From Candidatus Omnitrophota bacterium (GTDB taxonomy: Bacteria > Omnitrophota > Gorgyraeia > Gygaellales > Profunditerraquicolaceae): 64,000 bases of DNA. The translations under genes and the position numbers were made by a program. The notes under the pieces are model-generated. The model did not search any database. It saw only the letters and a list, made by a program, of their open reading frames with translations, and had not been told where the DNA came from. Position 1 is the first letter of the stretch. Each line of letters opens with the position of its first letter. Positions 26,694-36,615 of this stretch are shown piece by piece. The stretch covers positions 5,635 through 69,634 of the forward strand of contig JAPLLR010000017.1 in assembly GCA_026387455.1 (NCBI GenBank), written 5' to 3'.

Positions 26694-26949
26694 TATGACT
26701 TATTCTATCCTAGGCTTAAAGTTTAATCAAGGGCTAGTATCTGGCGGTAGGAGTGCTGGATGAAGGTTTTTTAGAAGCCGCTACCCTGGCGGGTATGCGA
26801 AATAAAAGACATGTTTACCAACGCTATAAGTGGAGCACTGGGAATCGCTGTCTTTTGTGCGGGAACTAAACTCAAGCCTAACCTAAATTAGGCTTTCTTC
26901 CCTTATTAGCGCGTTTAGAGCGCCAATTCAATTTTCCTCTGCGTTTACG

Positions 26950-27060
26950 TTTTCCCATAGAATTTGCCCTCGTTTAAGTTGTTTGCAAATTCATCCCGAA
27001 GCCTTGGCCAAAATTATGGAACAGAATTTTGGCCAGTTTAGGCGAGGGACGAGTGAGTCC
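26950..27060. repeat. Composite hairpin element (family member) with a 10-bp perfect stem ggccaaaatt-ATGGAACAG-aattttggcc.
   Basis: Its flanks (gcaaattcatcccgaagcc, gagggacgagtg) are shared with the copies at 19150-19250 and 29130-29215. Confidence 0.55.
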
Positions 27061-27064
27061 TTTT

Positions 27065-27802
27065 TTAGTATTTATAGTAATTCGCCGGTATCACCTGCGC
27101 TATATAGCGCACTGCCTCAATAATACAGATACGTATGGCTTTTTCCATCGGCGTGTTAGAGTAGGCACCCAGCCCTGCGCCCAATCCCCAGCTACCCATG
27201 AACCCGGCCATAAATCCTCCGGCAACATCCGATGCCTGCCCCTGAACACGAGTAGAAGCTAAGACTTCCGAGGTGGAGGTATCCACAATGCGAATATCTA
27301 TGGCCATGTGCGACTTGTTCATCGCCGCACCTAGCAAGCCTCCTAAGACTCCGCTAGCCACACCGCCGCCGCCACCAATTCCCGCTGCACCACCTGAAAC
27401 CGCAGGCTCAAATTCCGTAACTGCCGCGGTAACGATAATATCTGCAGTCTTGATCTTTCCTCTTTGAGTGCCACCCGTTCCCTGCTGGGCAGCACCGGAA
27501 ACAGCCAGCTCCTGCTCCTGCATGACCGCGTCTAACTGCTGGCGTTCCAGCACGCTGAAACGATTGCTGTTTACCATGGCAGTGACTAACATTTCTCTTA
27601 ATCCTGTACCTATTTCTCCGGTCGCCTTGGCAGCCTTAACATCAAAATCCGCCACCGCTATACGCGCCTTTGGCCCGCTGTATGGCGGCAAAACCAAAGC
27701 TCCGGCATTATTATCCACCTGCGCGGTCGGCTGAGGCGAGGCGCATCCGATAAACCCAAAAATAATGAACAAATAACCAATGATTACAAGTACTCTTTTC
27801 AT
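27065..27802 (-). CDS. CsgG-family lipoprotein (curli-type secretion channel homologue).
   Basis: Lipobox FIGC after the signal peptide. ARIAVADFDV...GTGLREMLVTAMVNSNRFSVLERQQLDAVMQEQ matches the CsgG N-terminal core. No csgA/E/F genes are visible nearby. Confidence 0.6.
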   Translation of the reverse strand: MKRVLVIIGYLFIIFGFIGCASPQPTAQVDNNAGALVLPPYSGPKARIAVADFDVKAAKATGEIGTGLREMLVTAMVNSNRFSVLERQQLDAVMQEQELAVSGAAQQGTGGTQRGKIKTADIIVTAAVTEFEPAVSGGAAGIGGGGGVASGVLGGLLGAAMNKSHMAIDIRIVDTSTSEVLASTRVQGQASDVAGGFMAGFMGSWGLGAGLGAYSNTPMEKAIRICIIEAVRYIAQVIPANYYKY

Positions 27803-27851
27803 ATTAATATTCTCTCCTGTTTATTCTAATATATACAAAATACCGTCAGTG

Positions 27852-28493
27852 TCAAGACAAAAGGGCCGCTAGGCCAGCAATGCTTTTAATAATATAAGAA
27901 GGCTTTTCTTTCTTAAGCTCTAAAAACTCACTTGAGCCTGTAGCTACCGCAACAGTCAAAACATGCGCCCGGCGGCCAGCCTGAATATCAATAACCATAT
28001 CCCCGACATAAAGTGTTTCGCTAGCCCCGGCCTTTAGCCTTTTACGTATAGCATTAAGGATCTGAGGATGAGGCTTGCCTTGTTTAAGCTTATCCGCGCA
28101 AAGCACGTAATCAAAATATTTATCGATCTTTAAATGCCTGATCAGTATGCGCGAAAACCTGGTCGGCCGATTACTGGCTACCGCAAGCTTGTAGCCTTTT
28201 GCCCTTAGATGCTTTAAGAGTCTTTCTGATCCGGGAAAAAGATGCGAGTGCCGGATCAGTGAATGCTTATGGTGACTGCGATATATCTTCAAGGCCATTT
28301 TTAAAACATCCTCATCCACAAAAGGCCTTAAAAGATTTTTGTCACCCCAGCCCACTGCCCTGCGGATAGTCAGGGAATCGCGCTTAGGACAACCGACTTT
28401 ACGCATGGCGTAATTAAAACTCTCGATTATCGCGCCATACGCATCCAACAACGTGCCGTCTAAATCAAAGATAATAAGCCTGATATTCTTCAT
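27852..28493 (-). CDS. HAD-superfamily hydrolase (phosphoglycolate-phosphatase-like).
   Basis: IIFDLDGTLLD motif I; 213 aa. Confidence 0.65.
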   Translation of the reverse strand: MKNIRLIIFDLDGTLLDAYGAIIESFNYAMRKVGCPKRDSLTIRRAVGWGDKNLLRPFVDEDVLKMALKIYRSHHKHSLIRHSHLFPGSERLLKHLRAKGYKLAVASNRPTRFSRILIRHLKIDKYFDYVLCADKLKQGKPHPQILNAIRKRLKAGASETLYVGDMVIDIQAGRRAHVLTVAVATGSSEFLELKKEKPSYIIKSIAGLAALLS

Positions 28494-28503
28494 ATAAGAT
28501 TAA

Positions 28504-28528
28504 GGGCAGGAAAATAATTTCCTGCCCT
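28504..28528. terminator. Bidirectional Rho-independent terminator candidate.
   Basis: gggcaggaaa-ataat-ttcctgccc followed by ttttaattttt. Confidence 0.5.
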
Positions 28529-28555
28529 TTTAATTTTTAAGTTAAGCAAAAATAA

Positions 28556-29098
28556 TTACTGCTGAGCCGCCTGAGCTGCTGCTGTTTCCGCAGCCTGCAA
28601 GGGAATAATATCCGCCGAAGTCGCTGCCGGAACGTTTTCTGCGCCGGTAGCCGGAGCTGCCTGCACCGCACCTTCTATCCCCGTATCCTGCGCCTTCTCG
28701 ACGCTGATATTCTTGGCAGTATTCTTTCCGTCAGCTGTAACCTTGTAATCTATGCTTAAAGTATCCTGGGACTGGATCTGAGCCAAAGACCGGACATTCT
28801 CAAAACCGGTCTTATCATTGGCCGCGATAGTCATCTCTTTTTCTTCGTCAGTATCGTAATCCTGATACCTTACCAGGATCTCTTTCTTCTCGGCATCCAC
28901 GGTAACCGCCTCTCCCCAAAGCCACTGCATTTCCGAATCAGCCGGACTAACTGCAGACATAGCCGTAGCTGTAGCCGCAAACTCAGCCGACGTAGCTGCC
29001 TGCCCCGCATCGGGGATAGCTGCATCCTGGGCAAAAGAAGCGCTAACAATACTTAAAGAAATTATAATACCTAAAGCAAAAACGGTTTTACGTGCCAT
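28556..29098 (-). CDS. Secreted Ala/Thr/Gln-rich protein of unknown function.
   Basis: Signal peptide MARKTVFALGIIISLSIVSASFAQ. Confidence 0.35.
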   Translation of the reverse strand: MARKTVFALGIIISLSIVSASFAQDAAIPDAGQAATSAEFAATATAMSAVSPADSEMQWLWGEAVTVDAEKKEILVRYQDYDTDEEKEMTIAANDKTGFENVRSLAQIQSQDTLSIDYKVTADGKNTAKNISVEKAQDTGIEGAVQAAPATGAENVPAATSADIIPLQAAETAAAQAAQQ

Positions 29099-29129
29099 GT
29101 AACACCTCCTTATTGAGCCTTAATTTTAC

Positions 29130-29215
29130 TTGCTGGCGAAATACCCGAAGCCTACGATGTCCCCTGTTATTCCAATTGAGAGGGACGAGTGCCTAGGCAA
29201 GGGGTTAATTAGCCA
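29130..29215. repeat. Partial member of the composite repeat family. It shares the flanks (acccgaagcc, gagagggacgagtg, ggggttaatt) but carries a different internal hairpin (gtccc...gggac).
   Basis: Direct comparison with 26971-27060 and 19175-19250. Confidence 0.4.
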
Positions 29216-29253
29216 ACAATTTACCACAAACCCGCCCACTTGTCAAGACAGCT

Positions 29254-30741
29254 CTATCGGTATAAAGGCAGGCTGACCAATGCCAACCAGATGACGCAGG
29301 TAGTGAGTACTCCAACGGTAAGCCCGATCCCGAACCAACGCAGGAAAGTCATGCGGATATTTTTTTCTTTTTCCAAAATACCTAAAGCCACTATATTTGC
29401 CGTCGAGCCGATAAGCGTAATATTACCCCCGAAGCAGCCGCCAAAAAGCAGCGCCCACCATAAAGGCTCAAGCTTGACATGCAAAGCCCCAAACCCCTGA
29501 ATTACCGGAATAAAAGCGGCGACAAGCACCACATTATCCAGGATGCTCGAGCCTATAGCGCTGATCCATAATATTGAAGAGGTCAGAAGAAAAGGATTGT
29601 TTCCGGTGAGACCGATTATCTTCTCGGCGATAAAAACAGTGGTACCGGTATATTTAAGCGTTCCCGCCTGTACAAAAAGCAGCAGGAAAAAAAGCAAAGT
29701 CCACCACTCCACGTCCTTTTCGATATACTTACGCGCCCGCTTATGCTTCCAGATCATCACGCATCCGGCGCCCCCCAGCGGGACCACCAGAAGCACGGTA
29801 TTAGCCACCAGTCCCCAAGCCACCTCCAGGCGGTGATGCAAAGAAATAAAGAAAAGCACCACCACAAAAAACCCCATACTCACCTTTAAGTGCCGTTCCG
29901 CCGGAATTGAGATAAGCTTGATCAGTATATCGTTTGCTCCCAACTCTCTTATATTCTCATCAAGCTTCTTTAGCGAAGAACGGTACCAAAAAATCACCAC
30001 CAATATGGTCAGGCCCAAACAGGCCATGGCCAGCGGAAAAGCCTTGAGAATAAAATCTTCGAAAGTAAGCCCAGACTTGGAAGCGATAAGGATCCCGATG
30101 GGGTTTCCTAACACCGTGCCGGCTGAGCCGATATTAGTAGCCAGCACCGAGATAATTATGTAAGGAACAGGGTTGACTTCAAAATAATCGCAAAACTCCA
30201 GCACTGCCGCGACCATAAAAATGATTGAGGTCACCTCGTCTACAGCGCAGGACATCAACGCGGAAAGCACGCAAATAAGTAAGACGAATTTCTTTGCGCT
30301 AAGGTTCTTGGTGCGCAGGATCCGGCTCATGATCCAGGCAAAAAATCCGGCTTCCCTTAAAAAGCCGATGATCACCATCATCCCCACTAGAAAAAGGATC
30401 ACCTCAAGAGAAGAGAATTCTAAAACATGATCCAAGTCGATTGTCTTGGTAACTAACAGAATAGATGTGCCGATAAATGCAAAACTAAGACGGAAATCCC
30501 AGAAGAATAAAGTACCCAGGATAGACGCGAAAAATATGGCGAGGGAAAGAGACTGCTTCGGGGACATGCCAATAAGTCGAGAGGAAATGCCCAGTAAGCA
30601 GGAAATCAAAACCAGGGTTATCAGCTTCAAGACTATTTTCTTCAATTCTTTAAGCAGACTCCCCTTTCTGTTCTTATTGCAAAGATTAAAAAACTTTTTT
30701 GGCGCGGTCCGAGAGCCTCTGGTAGACGACAGTCGCGGCAA
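29254..30741 (-). CDS. Second ArsB/NhaD-superfamily anion permease; start codon uncertain.
   Basis: About 480 aa polytopic protein with GGNITLIGSTANIV hairpin motif, paralogous in architecture to the 21961..23232 gene. Confidence 0.5.
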   Translation of the reverse strand: MPRLSSTRGSRTAPKKFFNLCNKNRKGSLLKELKKIVLKLITLVLISCLLGISSRLIGMSPKQSLSLAIFFASILGTLFFWDFRLSFAFIGTSILLVTKTIDLDHVLEFSSLEVILFLVGMMVIIGFLREAGFFAWIMSRILRTKNLSAKKFVLLICVLSALMSCAVDEVTSIIFMVAAVLEFCDYFEVNPVPYIIISVLATNIGSAGTVLGNPIGILIASKSGLTFEDFILKAFPLAMACLGLTILVVIFWYRSSLKKLDENIRELGANDILIKLISIPAERHLKVSMGFFVVVLFFISLHHRLEVAWGLVANTVLLVVPLGGAGCVMIWKHKRARKYIEKDVEWWTLLFFLLLFVQAGTLKYTGTTVFIAEKIIGLTGNNPFLLTSSILWISAIGSSILDNVVLVAAFIPVIQGFGALHVKLEPLWWALLFGGCFGGNITLIGSTANIVALGILEKEKNIRMTFLRWFGIGLTVGVLTTCVIWLALVSLPLYR

Positions 30742-31210
30742 AGGCCTTAAGGATATCGCCGGGTATAAACGGCACCACCCCCATCATCAAAAGCTGGGAG
30801 AATGAATAGCTAAAACATAATTTCAGCCAGAGCGTACCACAAAGCAGCAAAGCCAAGTCCGCCAGGCAAAATATCCCGAAAGTAAGAAAGAAATTTTTGC
30901 CGGTATACCTGACCAGGCTCCCGGTAAAAAAAGCCGCTACCACAAAGCCGATGAAATATCCGCTGGTGAGCCCGAACCCGGCAACACTTAAAAACAGATA
31001 AATTCCCTGCGCCAGCATGCCTAGATTACGGCCCAAGAATGCGCCGGCCAAAAGCACGAAAAATGTTTGCAGCGTGATGGGCACCGGAGTAAAAGGCAAA
31101 GGAATGCGTACAAATCCGCCTAAAGCTGTAAGCAAAATAAAGACAACCACGCCGAAGACGCGGCATGCGGTTTTATTAACTATGATTTCCCTGCGTAAAA
31201 TAGCTTCCAT
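30686..31210 (-). CDS. bioY: Biotin transporter BioY (ECF S-component).
   Basis: 174 aa; ITLQTFFVLLAGAFLG core motif of BioY. Confidence 0.7.
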   Translation of the reverse strand: MEAILRREIIVNKTACRVFGVVVFILLTALGGFVRIPLPFTPVPITLQTFFVLLAGAFLGRNLGMLAQGIYLFLSVAGFGLTSGYFIGFVVAAFFTGSLVRYTGKNFFLTFGIFCLADLALLLCGTLWLKLCFSYSFSQLLMMGVVPFIPGDILKAFAATVVYQRLSDRAKKVF

Positions 31211-31301
31211 AATAGATCCCCCCGTTTTCTTTAATTTGTTTTAAATTTAAACTTAATCTATAATACCACAAAATAAATAAATGTAAATAAAGCCGATAAA
31301 A

Positions 31302-31353
31302 ATCAAGGGCCGATCCCAAGCATTTATTCCAATGCCCATGATCAGCCCTTGAT
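31302..31353 (-). terminator. Rho-independent terminator candidate after the small membrane protein gene.
   Basis: atcaagggc...gcccttgat 9-bp stem. On the minus strand it is followed by TTTTTATCGGCTTT. Confidence 0.45.
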
Positions 31354-31377
31354 CGATAATACTTGTTACAACCTATC

Positions 31378-31599
31378 TTATTCTTTGGCGATAGCTAAGG
31401 TGATAAGACCAGCTAAGACCAAGAACGGACCGGCGCAGCCTTTGATGAGAGGAAGAGTAAAATCACCCCACCAACGCAGGTTATATAATAAATACACGGC
31501 CAGCCCTAAGAAAACCAGACCTAATACCACTTTCAAGAGCGTAGATAACGCTTTTTTAGCGCCGGCTCCCTTTTCCTCTTTCTTGACTTCATCTGCCAT
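31378..31599 (-). CDS. Small (73 aa) membrane protein.
   Basis: Charged N-terminus plus two hydrophobic helices. Confidence 0.35.
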   Translation of the reverse strand: MADEVKKEEKGAGAKKALSTLLKVVLGLVFLGLAVYLLYNLRWWGDFTLPLIKGCAGPFLVLAGLITLAIAKE

Positions 31600-31613
31600 A
31601 GTGTACCCTCCTT

Positions 31614-32525
31614 TTAATTCGGTTTACTTTTCCATCTGCGGTGGACCCATCCCCATTCCGCAGGATATTTTCTTATATACGATTCTATGATATTTGTCAA
31701 GCGCTGAATATTTATAGAGATAGTCTCTTCGGCGCCTTTACCCTCGATCAATTCCAGTTGCGGCTCAAAGATTATGCGGTGCGAATCATCCGTCTGCCTG
31801 ACTATAAAGCAGGGAAGCAATGCCGCTTTGGTACGCTGTGCCAAGACCACCGGTCCGGTTGCTGTCGCCGCCTTCCTCCCGAAGAAATCTACGAACACGC
31901 CGCCCGTCCCGAAATTCTGATCCATAGGTATAAAAACAACTTCATTACCGCGCAACGAGACAATAGTGCTGTTTACACAGGTCGTACGCGGCAGGAAATA
32001 TATAGTTTTTATACCCAGCTTTGTGCGTTTGGCTAAAAACTTTTTCTCAACCCGCACATCGCGCATCTGACGCATGATCCCTGCGACCTTATACCCCTCA
32101 AGGCTTAGCTTTGCCATAAGTAAAGGAAAGTTCCCAAAATGGGCGCTAACCAGGATCACTCCTTTATCGCGCGCCAAAGCCTCATCCAAATACTTTTTAC
32201 CTACAAACTCCACACGCTTTCTTAAAAGCGCCGGCCGGTCCATGAGAAAAAGTAGTTCTATTGCCCCCTTAGACATCAAAGTAAATGAGTCTTTAGCGAT
32301 CTTTTGGATTTCGGCCTTTGATTTTGCATCGCCAAAGGCGATCTGCAGGTTGTCCAGCGCCACCTTTCTTTGTTTTGCCACCAAAAGATACCCTAAAGAG
32401 GAAAGGTTGCAGGCAAAACTATACAGATAGCGCGCCGGAATCACTTTCACTATCAAAGAACATATGGTTAAACCCAGCCAGCTGACCAGGTAACTTAGGC
32501 TTTTGCGAATCTTCTTAGAATCCAT
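31614..32525 (-). CDS. lpxL: Lipid A biosynthesis lauroyl/myristoyl acyltransferase (LpxL/HtrB family).
   Basis: 303 aa. LpxL-type layout: N-terminal membrane anchor, VILVSAHFGNF acyltransferase HX4D-like region, C-terminal YPAEWGWVHRRWK. Confidence 0.65.
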   Translation of the reverse strand: MDSKKIRKSLSYLVSWLGLTICSLIVKVIPARYLYSFACNLSSLGYLLVAKQRKVALDNLQIAFGDAKSKAEIQKIAKDSFTLMSKGAIELLFLMDRPALLRKRVEFVGKKYLDEALARDKGVILVSAHFGNFPLLMAKLSLEGYKVAGIMRQMRDVRVEKKFLAKRTKLGIKTIYFLPRTTCVNSTIVSLRGNEVVFIPMDQNFGTGGVFVDFFGRKAATATGPVVLAQRTKAALLPCFIVRQTDDSHRIIFEPQLELIEGKGAEETISINIQRLTNIIESYIRKYPAEWGWVHRRWKSKPN

Positions 32526-32576
32526 CAGATTGTATTATATGAATTATAGCAAAAGACGGTCAAATTGCAAGCGTAA

Positions 32577-33077
32577 TTATAGTTTATATCCGATCTTGCG
32601 CAGTAATTCCTTGCGCCAGGTAATATCTGTTGTATCCTCTATCCCTTTTGGCTTTGCCCCATCAATCACCCCTAATACCCCCCGCGCGCCTTCGCTATTC
32701 TCAGCCACGATCACCTCCACAGAATTAGCAGAGGCGCAATATATGGTGCATACCTCCGGAATGTTCTTAATAGCATTTAAGACGTTGATGGGATAGGCGT
32801 TTTTAAGCAGAATAATAAAGCTGTGGCCTGCGCCGATTTCAAGGGCATTCTCGGCTGCCAAGGATTTTAACTCCTGGTCAGTGCCCTCAGAACGTACCTT
32901 GCACGCACCGCTTGACTCCACGAAGCCCAAGCCAAATTTTATACCAGGAACATTGTTTACCAAAACTTCATAAATATCCTCCACCGTCTTAATAAAATGG
33001 CTCTGCCCAAAGATCACATTGATGTCATCGGATTTACGGATCTTAACTGTCTTTATTTCTACCATACTAACCTCCAT
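32577..33077 (-). CDS. Conserved hypothetical protein (possibly an adenosine-specific-kinase-like fold).
   Basis: 166 aa soluble protein; no diagnostic motif recognised with certainty. Confidence 0.25.
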   Translation of the reverse strand: MEVSMVEIKTVKIRKSDDINVIFGQSHFIKTVEDIYEVLVNNVPGIKFGLGFVESSGACKVRSEGTDQELKSLAAENALEIGAGHSFIILLKNAYPINVLNAIKNIPEVCTIYCASANSVEVIVAENSEGARGVLGVIDGAKPKGIEDTTDITWRKELLRKIGYKL

Positions 33078-34494
33078 TCTTTATCTTTATCATCCGGAAT
33101 CCCGTAGCGTCCACCTCAAGCGCTCCACCATATGCCTTCATCGAGGTAAATACAAGATCAGGATCTCCAAGAAAAGATAACGGCACTTTCAAGGTTATAA
33201 CTTTGGCCTTACGCTCAAGCAAGACCCCCTCAAATACCACTGGCTTTATCCCGTCATAAATCTTGATTTTCTTGTTTTTTACAAAAATACGGATCTTGGG
33301 CATCTGGGAAAAAGACGTTTTAACGTTATAACCAAAAAGATAAAGTACAAAAGAGAATTTCCCAGTAAAGTTTTTATTTTTATCTACCCGAATAAACAGA
33401 TCACCTCCGGAATAAGCGAAGCTAACCTGCCCCTCTTTTATTTCCTGCTCACCCGATGTATCTTCCTCAGCATCATCAATCCCATCGTAAAGGTCGGAAA
33501 ATCCAGAAAACTTCAGAATATCCCCTTTTGATATATCCTGAGATGTTAATTGTGCCTCGGGGTAATCCGAAAACAACTCATTCTTACGAATAAACGATAA
33601 TAAATAAAAAGCACTGGACGCTGTCTGACTCTTGTGCATTAAAATAGCCTTGTATTTATTCTCCACCCGGTCTTTTGTAAGGGATAAGCTGGACCAGTCT
33701 AAATCCGATTCCAGAAATTTCCCAGCGGGAGTAAGTTCAAGTTCAGGATGATAATGTCTGGGTAAAGGCCAGCCCACGCAATGCACCAGATACGGATACA
33801 CCGCTGGCTTAGAACCATCCTTAGCCAGGTCAAGAAGGGCGACCTTCAGAAAAAGATACAATGCCCGATGGTCGCCGTTTACGTCTGCCGGGTGAGAGAC
33901 AAATATTTTATTCGGCTTGTAACTAGTAAACACCTTCTTTAGATCATTGAGAATACTCTCTCCCACGTAAGGGGCGCCAAAAGACAGGTTGTTTTTGTAG
34001 GGAACTTTGGAAATCCTGGTTAGAATAGTCTTGTAGGGCCTGTCTGTCTCCCAGTAGCGGGAAAATATGGTAAACGTCCCGAAATCCGGATAGCCCAGGA
34101 AGATAAGATCGCTTTCCTTAAGGCCCAGGAGCTTCGCCGATTTCTCTGACTCGCTGCGACGAACTTCACCCAGGTTGATAAATTCCTTCTGCTGTAGTGG
34201 AATCTTTTTCTTAAAGACGATAAAAGCTAACTCGTTATGTTCTCCGTTGGTCAAAAAAGCCACGCGCACCTCAGCCCCGGCCTTAAGCGCTGCCTGGATC
34301 ACCCCAGCGCAGCCGAGAACTTCGTCATCCGGGTGCGGAGCAAGGATCAAAATTCTATCGCCTTTTACAATCGGCTCAAGAGGCTTTATGTCCGCTGACT
34401 GCTGCGACGCAGGTGCGGCTACGGCCGCGGCCACGACCCCGACTGTGGACAACAAAATGTACGAAAGAAGAATAAGAAGAATTTTTCCTTGCAT
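33067..34494 (-). CDS. PIG-L/LmbE-family N-acetylglucosaminyl deacetylase with a C-terminal extension, exported or membrane-anchored.
   Basis: ILILAPHPDDEVLGCAG motif after an N-terminal hydrophobic segment. Confidence 0.6.
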   Translation of the reverse strand: MQGKILLILLSYILLSTVGVVAAAVAAPASQQSADIKPLEPIVKGDRILILAPHPDDEVLGCAGVIQAALKAGAEVRVAFLTNGEHNELAFIVFKKKIPLQQKEFINLGEVRRSESEKSAKLLGLKESDLIFLGYPDFGTFTIFSRYWETDRPYKTILTRISKVPYKNNLSFGAPYVGESILNDLKKVFTSYKPNKIFVSHPADVNGDHRALYLFLKVALLDLAKDGSKPAVYPYLVHCVGWPLPRHYHPELELTPAGKFLESDLDWSSLSLTKDRVENKYKAILMHKSQTASSAFYLLSFIRKNELFSDYPEAQLTSQDISKGDILKFSGFSDLYDGIDDAEEDTSGEQEIKEGQVSFAYSGGDLFIRVDKNKNFTGKFSFVLYLFGYNVKTSFSQMPKIRIFVKNKKIKIYDGIKPVVFEGVLLERKAKVITLKVPLSFLGDPDLVFTSMKAYGGALEVDATGFRMIKIKNGG

Positions 34495-34558
34495 AGTGGC
34501 TTGATTGTAACATACAAAATGTTTGAAATAAAGGCTAAATCAGATATAATAATCATTT

Positions 34559-35449
34559 ATGGACTCTCCAATACAGGCCCACTACTCCAAGATCAGGCGC
34601 GTGCTGGTGATCGTGCTGATCTTAAACTGGCTAGTGGCCGCGGCAAAGATCATTTACGGCCTCATTACCCACTGCTCAAGTATGACCGCAGACGGCTTCC
34701 ACTCCCTTGCCGACGGCACCTCTAATGTCATCGGCCTGGTAGGGATACATCTAGCCGGACAGCCTACGGATGAAGATCATCCTTACGGACACAAGAAATA
34801 CGAAACATTATTTTCACTGATCATAGCCGCCCTGCTTTTCCTGGTTGCCTTCAACCTCGGCAAAGAGGGCGTGATGCGCCTGCATCATCCGGCAATGCCA
34901 GTGATCGATATCGCCAGCTTCGCGATCATGTTGCTGACCCTTTCCGTAAACATTGCTGTGATGACCTATGAACAAAGAAAAGGAAAATCATTAAAAAGCG
35001 ATATTCTGGTATCTGACGCCATGCACACCCGCGCGGATATTATGACCTCATTATCGGTAATCGCCGCGCTCATCTTTATGAAAATGGGCTTTGCGATACT
35101 CGACCCGATCGTGACCATACTAATCTCGCTATTCATCGCTTATGCCGGATTCCAGATCCTGAAAGAAAGTTCGAATGTGTTGGTAGACTCAGCGGCGATC
35201 CTGAATACAAAACGCATTGAGGATATCGTCTTTAAGATCAAGGGGGTAAAAAACTGCCACAAGATTAGGACACGGGGAAGACCGGACGATATCCACATTG
35301 ACCTACACGTACAGGTCAGCGGCCAAATGCATGTGGATAACGCGCATAAGATCTGTTACGCTATTGAAGAGGCGATCAAAAAAGGTATTCCTGAAGTGAC
35401 GGATGTGGTCGTGCACATTGAGCCAAGAGAAGATTGCGCAGGAGACTAA
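34559..35449 (+). CDS. Cation diffusion facilitator (CDF) family metal efflux transporter.
   Basis: 296 aa. HSLADG motif in TM2 and C-terminal cytoplasmic domain typical of FieF/CzcD. Confidence 0.7.
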   Translation: MDSPIQAHYSKIRRVLVIVLILNWLVAAAKIIYGLITHCSSMTADGFHSLADGTSNVIGLVGIHLAGQPTDEDHPYGHKKYETLFSLIIAALLFLVAFNLGKEGVMRLHHPAMPVIDIASFAIMLLTLSVNIAVMTYEQRKGKSLKSDILVSDAMHTRADIMTSLSVIAALIFMKMGFAILDPIVTILISLFIAYAGFQILKESSNVLVDSAAILNTKRIEDIVFKIKGVKNCHKIRTRGRPDDIHIDLHVQVSGQMHVDNAHKICYAIEEAIKKGIPEVTDVVVHIEPREDCAGD

Positions 35450-36591
35450 AGATCTTTCAGGATAAACCAAAATCCGACACTTGCCAATAAGCCCATAATA
35501 GCCCCGAAGTAAAAAGCCGCCTGAGGCCCGAGAAATTTCCAAAGCAGTCCCGCCAATATTGACGCCGGTAGTAATCCGATACCCACTAAAGTAGCATGCA
35601 AACCAATAGCGGTTGCCCTTAGCTTAACCGGCGCGATATCCACCACAAGAGCCTTTTCTACTCCCTCGGTAAAACCAATATACAAACCGTACATTCCGAA
35701 CAAAACCCAAAGATTTTGCAAAGAGTGATTTAAGGCAAAACCCAGATATACCACCCCATAGAAAAAATATCCCGCAACCAAAAGTTTTTTCCTGCCGATT
35801 TTATCTGAAAGCCACGCTGCCGGATAAGCCGCTAGACAATAGACAACATTGTAAGCCAGGTAAAACAGGATCACCTGCGCTACCGATCCACCCAGGCCAT
35901 TAGCCCGCAAAAGCAGAAACTGGTTAGAGGAATTTCCCAGGGTAAAAATAAAAGTAAAGATAAGAAAAAGTTTCAGGCGCTTATCCAGGCTATACCACTT
36001 AAACTGAAGCTTTTCTTTTTTTAACTGCTGTGGGGCCCTTGGTCTTTCTCTGACAAAAAATAATATCAAAACTCCTAAGACAGCCGGGACCAAAGAAAAC
36101 AAAAATATATTTCGCAGATTTCCGTTATGGCGAGTGACCAGAAAATAAGCTGCGGCGACACCAATAACGGCGCCCAAAGTATCCATTGCCCGGTGCAAAC
36201 CAAACGCCGCTCCCCGTCTGCCATCTTTTGCGCTTTCCGCGATAAGGGCGTCCCGGGGCGCGGTGCGCACGCCCTTGCCGAAGCGGTCCACCACCCTAGC
36301 CAGCAGAACCACCGGCCAGCTAGCAGCCATAAACAGAAGAAACCTTCCTAACGTAGAGCCGGTGTAACCGAATATGGCAAAAGGTTTTCTTTTTTCTATT
36401 TTATCCGACCAGTAGCCGGAGAATACTTTCAGCAGGCTGGCTAGACTTTCCGCGATCCCTTCGATCAATCCCAGTATCGCCGGGCTTGCACCAAGAGTAG
36501 TCACCAGGAATACCGGCAAAATAGGATAGACCATCTCAGATGAGATGTCAGTGAGTAAACTCGTGATACCAAGTAGAATTATATTAAACAT
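35446..36591 (-). CDS. MFS transporter.
   Basis: 381 aa, 12-TM pattern. Confidence 0.55.
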   Translation of the reverse strand: MFNIILLGITSLLTDISSEMVYPILPVFLVTTLGASPAILGLIEGIAESLASLLKVFSGYWSDKIEKRKPFAIFGYTGSTLGRFLLFMAASWPVVLLARVVDRFGKGVRTAPRDALIAESAKDGRRGAAFGLHRAMDTLGAVIGVAAAYFLVTRHNGNLRNIFLFSLVPAVLGVLILFFVRERPRAPQQLKKEKLQFKWYSLDKRLKLFLIFTFIFTLGNSSNQFLLLRANGLGGSVAQVILFYLAYNVVYCLAAYPAAWLSDKIGRKKLLVAGYFFYGVVYLGFALNHSLQNLWVLFGMYGLYIGFTEGVEKALVVDIAPVKLRATAIGLHATLVGIGLLPASILAGLLWKFLGPQAAFYFGAIMGLLASVGFWFILKDL

Positions 36592-36615
36592 ATGTTTTGT
36601 TTAGGTTGTTAACGA

